Shown one piece after another: positions 45,915 through 47,118 of a stretch of DNA of 47,118 bases; position 1 is the first letter of the stretch; each line of letters starts with the position of its first letter. Under the pieces are notes generated by a model. It did not search any database. It worked only from the letters and a program-made list of their open reading frames with translations, and was not told where the DNA came from. The stretch comes from Phycisphaerae bacterium. GTDB taxonomy: Bacteria; Planctomycetota; Phycisphaerae; WQYP01. The translations under genes and the position numbers were made by a program. The DNA is taken from the NCBI GenBank assembly GCA_035504095.1, contig DATJSN010000040.1, positions 1-47,118 on the forward strand, given 5' to 3'.

Positions 45915-47118
45915 TCAAACGCCGGCGGCAGACGAAAGCAATACCCCGCGTACCTGGCCGGATTTGAGCCGCGACTTAAAATCCTCCGGGAATTTCTGCA
46001 GGAACGTCTTGACCGCCCAATTGGCGCCGTCGGCCAGGCCGCAAATCGTGGTGCCGGGTCCAATGCCCATGCTCAGGGCCACTTCCATTAACAGATCAAA
46101 ATCCTTTGGTTTACCAAAGCCGGCGATAATACGGCTGAGCATTTTATGCAGCCAGGCGGTTCCCTCACGGCAAGGCGTGCACTGTCCGCAGCTTTCGTGC
46201 GCAAAGAACCGCACAATGTTCCGCAGCATCACTACCAGGTCGGTCTGGTCATTCATGACGATTACGCCGGCGGTGCCCAGTCCCAGGACGTTGTATTTGC
46301 GGCCGATGTCAAAATCCAGTTCCGCGTCATATTGATCGGTTCCCAATATCCCCATCGAAACGCCGCCGGGTATGGCCGCTTTATATTTGCCCTTCACGCC
46401 GCCGCAATATTTTTCAATCAATGTGGACATCTTGATGCCCAGCTCATCTTCATAAACGCCGGGCTTATTAACGTGGCCGCTGGCGCCATAGAGTTTGGGA
46501 CCCGCTGAACCGGGCGTCCCCATGGATTTAAACCAGGCAGCGCCATTTATAATGATCGACGGCAGACAGGCGAGCGTTTCGACGTTGTTGATGATCGTTG
46601 GTTTGGCAAATGCCCCCGCCACCGCCGGAAACGGCGGCTTGATGCGCGGCCAGCCGCGTTTACCTTCCAGCGATTCAAGCAAACCGGTTTCTTCACCGCA
46701 GATATATGCACCAGCGCCGCGATGTAGATAGCAATGATGAACGATGTCGGTTCCGGGATGCGGCTTGCCGAAAATGCCGTTGGCGTAAGCTTCCTGGATT
46801 GCTTCCTCGAGAATTTTGGCCTGATAGTGATACTCGCCGCGAATGTAGATATAGCTGATCGCGATCCGATTAGCGTAAGCCGCGATGGCGATGCCCTCGA
46901 GTAGAATATGCGGATCGTAATCACAGAGGTAACGGTCTTTGAACGTGCCCGGTTCGGATTCGTCGTAATTCACCGCAAGGTAGCGCGGATGCAAATCCTT
47001 GGGTAAAAACGTCCACTTGGTGCCGCAGGGAAAACCCGCACCTCCGCGACCGCGCAGGCCCGAGTCGATCACCAGCTTGATAATGTCTTCCGGGGGCATG
47101 GCCATGGCTTTGCGAAGG
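45915..47118 (-). CDS. nuoF: NADH-quinone oxidoreductase subunit F, N-terminus beyond the right window edge.
   Basis: GLRGRGGAGFPCGTKW (NADH/FMN site), …ESCGQCTPCREG… (4Fe-4S), GAGAYICGEETGLLESLEG. The track ORF starts at an internal Met at 47105; the frame is open to the window edge. Confidence 0.85.
   Translation of the reverse strand, partial: LRKAMAMPPEDIIKLVIDSGLRGRGGAGFPCGTKWTFLPKDLHPRYLAVNYDESEPGTFKDRYLCDYDPHILLEGIAIAAYANRIAISYIYIRGEYHYQAKILEEAIQEAYANGIFGKPHPGTDIVHHCYLHRGAGAYICGEETGLLESLEGKRGWPRIKPPFPAVAGAFAKPTIINNVETLACLPSIIINGAAWFKSMGTPGSAGPKLYGASGHVNKPGVYEDELGIKMSTLIEKYCGGVKGKYKAAIPGGVSMGILGTDQYDAELDFDIGRKYNVLGLGTAGVIVMNDQTDLVVMLRNIVRFFAHESCGQCTPCREGTAWLHKMLSRIIAGFGKPKDFDLLMEVALSMGIGPGTTICGLADGANWAVKTFLQKFPEDFKSRLKSGQVRGVLLSSAAGV

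Noticed and set aside
45348-46335. Plus-strand ORFs of 187 and 162 aa over nuoG/nuoF.
   Set aside because: Antisense to well-conserved NuoG and NuoF coding sequence.
1-47118. CRISPR arrays, rRNA, integrase or transposase genes.
   Set aside because: The only regular spaced repeats are the coding tandem repeats in TpsA. No recombinase-like ORF was seen, so the accessory island's mobility mechanism is not in this window.

Overview
This 47 kb window reads as chromosomal DNA from a Gram-negative environmental bacterium (about 55% GC). Gene content (fused SecDF, ECF sigma fused to Sel1 repeats, Tat-exported mutarotases, beta-helix 'autotransporter-associated' repeats) suggests a PVC-superphylum or similar lineage, but I cannot assign it. 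Nearly every real gene is on the minus strand.

Left end (1-8503): a two-partner secretion operon. A TpsB outer-membrane transporter (6467-8503) is followed by a giant TpsA exoprotein (start 6439, runs off the left edge, more than 2,146 codons in view). TpsA has an N-terminal TPS/haemagglutination-activity domain and two long arrays of near-identical tandem repeats. The ORF track misses this gene because its stop lies outside the window, and instead reports a chain of antisense plus-strand ORFs.

Immediately upstream on the same strand (8781-15991): an isolated type VI secretion membrane-complex-like module, in the order novel 321-aa protein, TssL/DotU-like, TssM/IcmF, TagF-like. No sheath, Hcp/VgrG, baseplate or ClpV genes are present in the window. 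Divergent from it is a minimal 203-aa CHAT/caspase-fold protease. I regard this module plus the adjacent CHAT gene and TPS operon as the most interesting candidate for an undescribed system.

Middle: metallophosphoesterase, flotillin-like SPFH protein, S53 sedolisin-like peptidase, beta-helix glycanase/lyase-like protein, two tandem Tat-exported aldose-1-epimerases, class-V aminotransferase, SerS, LysM protein, fused SecDF, YajC, Tgt, and a VapBC toxin-antitoxin pair.

Right end: an ECF sigma fused through a TM helix to Sel1 repeats, then a low-GC island (about 39.6-44.3 kb) carrying two membrane-protein genes and a NotI-like restriction enzyme with a Dam-like methyltransferase. The island is flanked by a family of short intergenic repeats, including an 18-bp perfect palindrome that occurs twice. 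It sits directly downstream of nuoF-nuoG.

I found no rRNA, no convincing tRNA and no CRISPR array.
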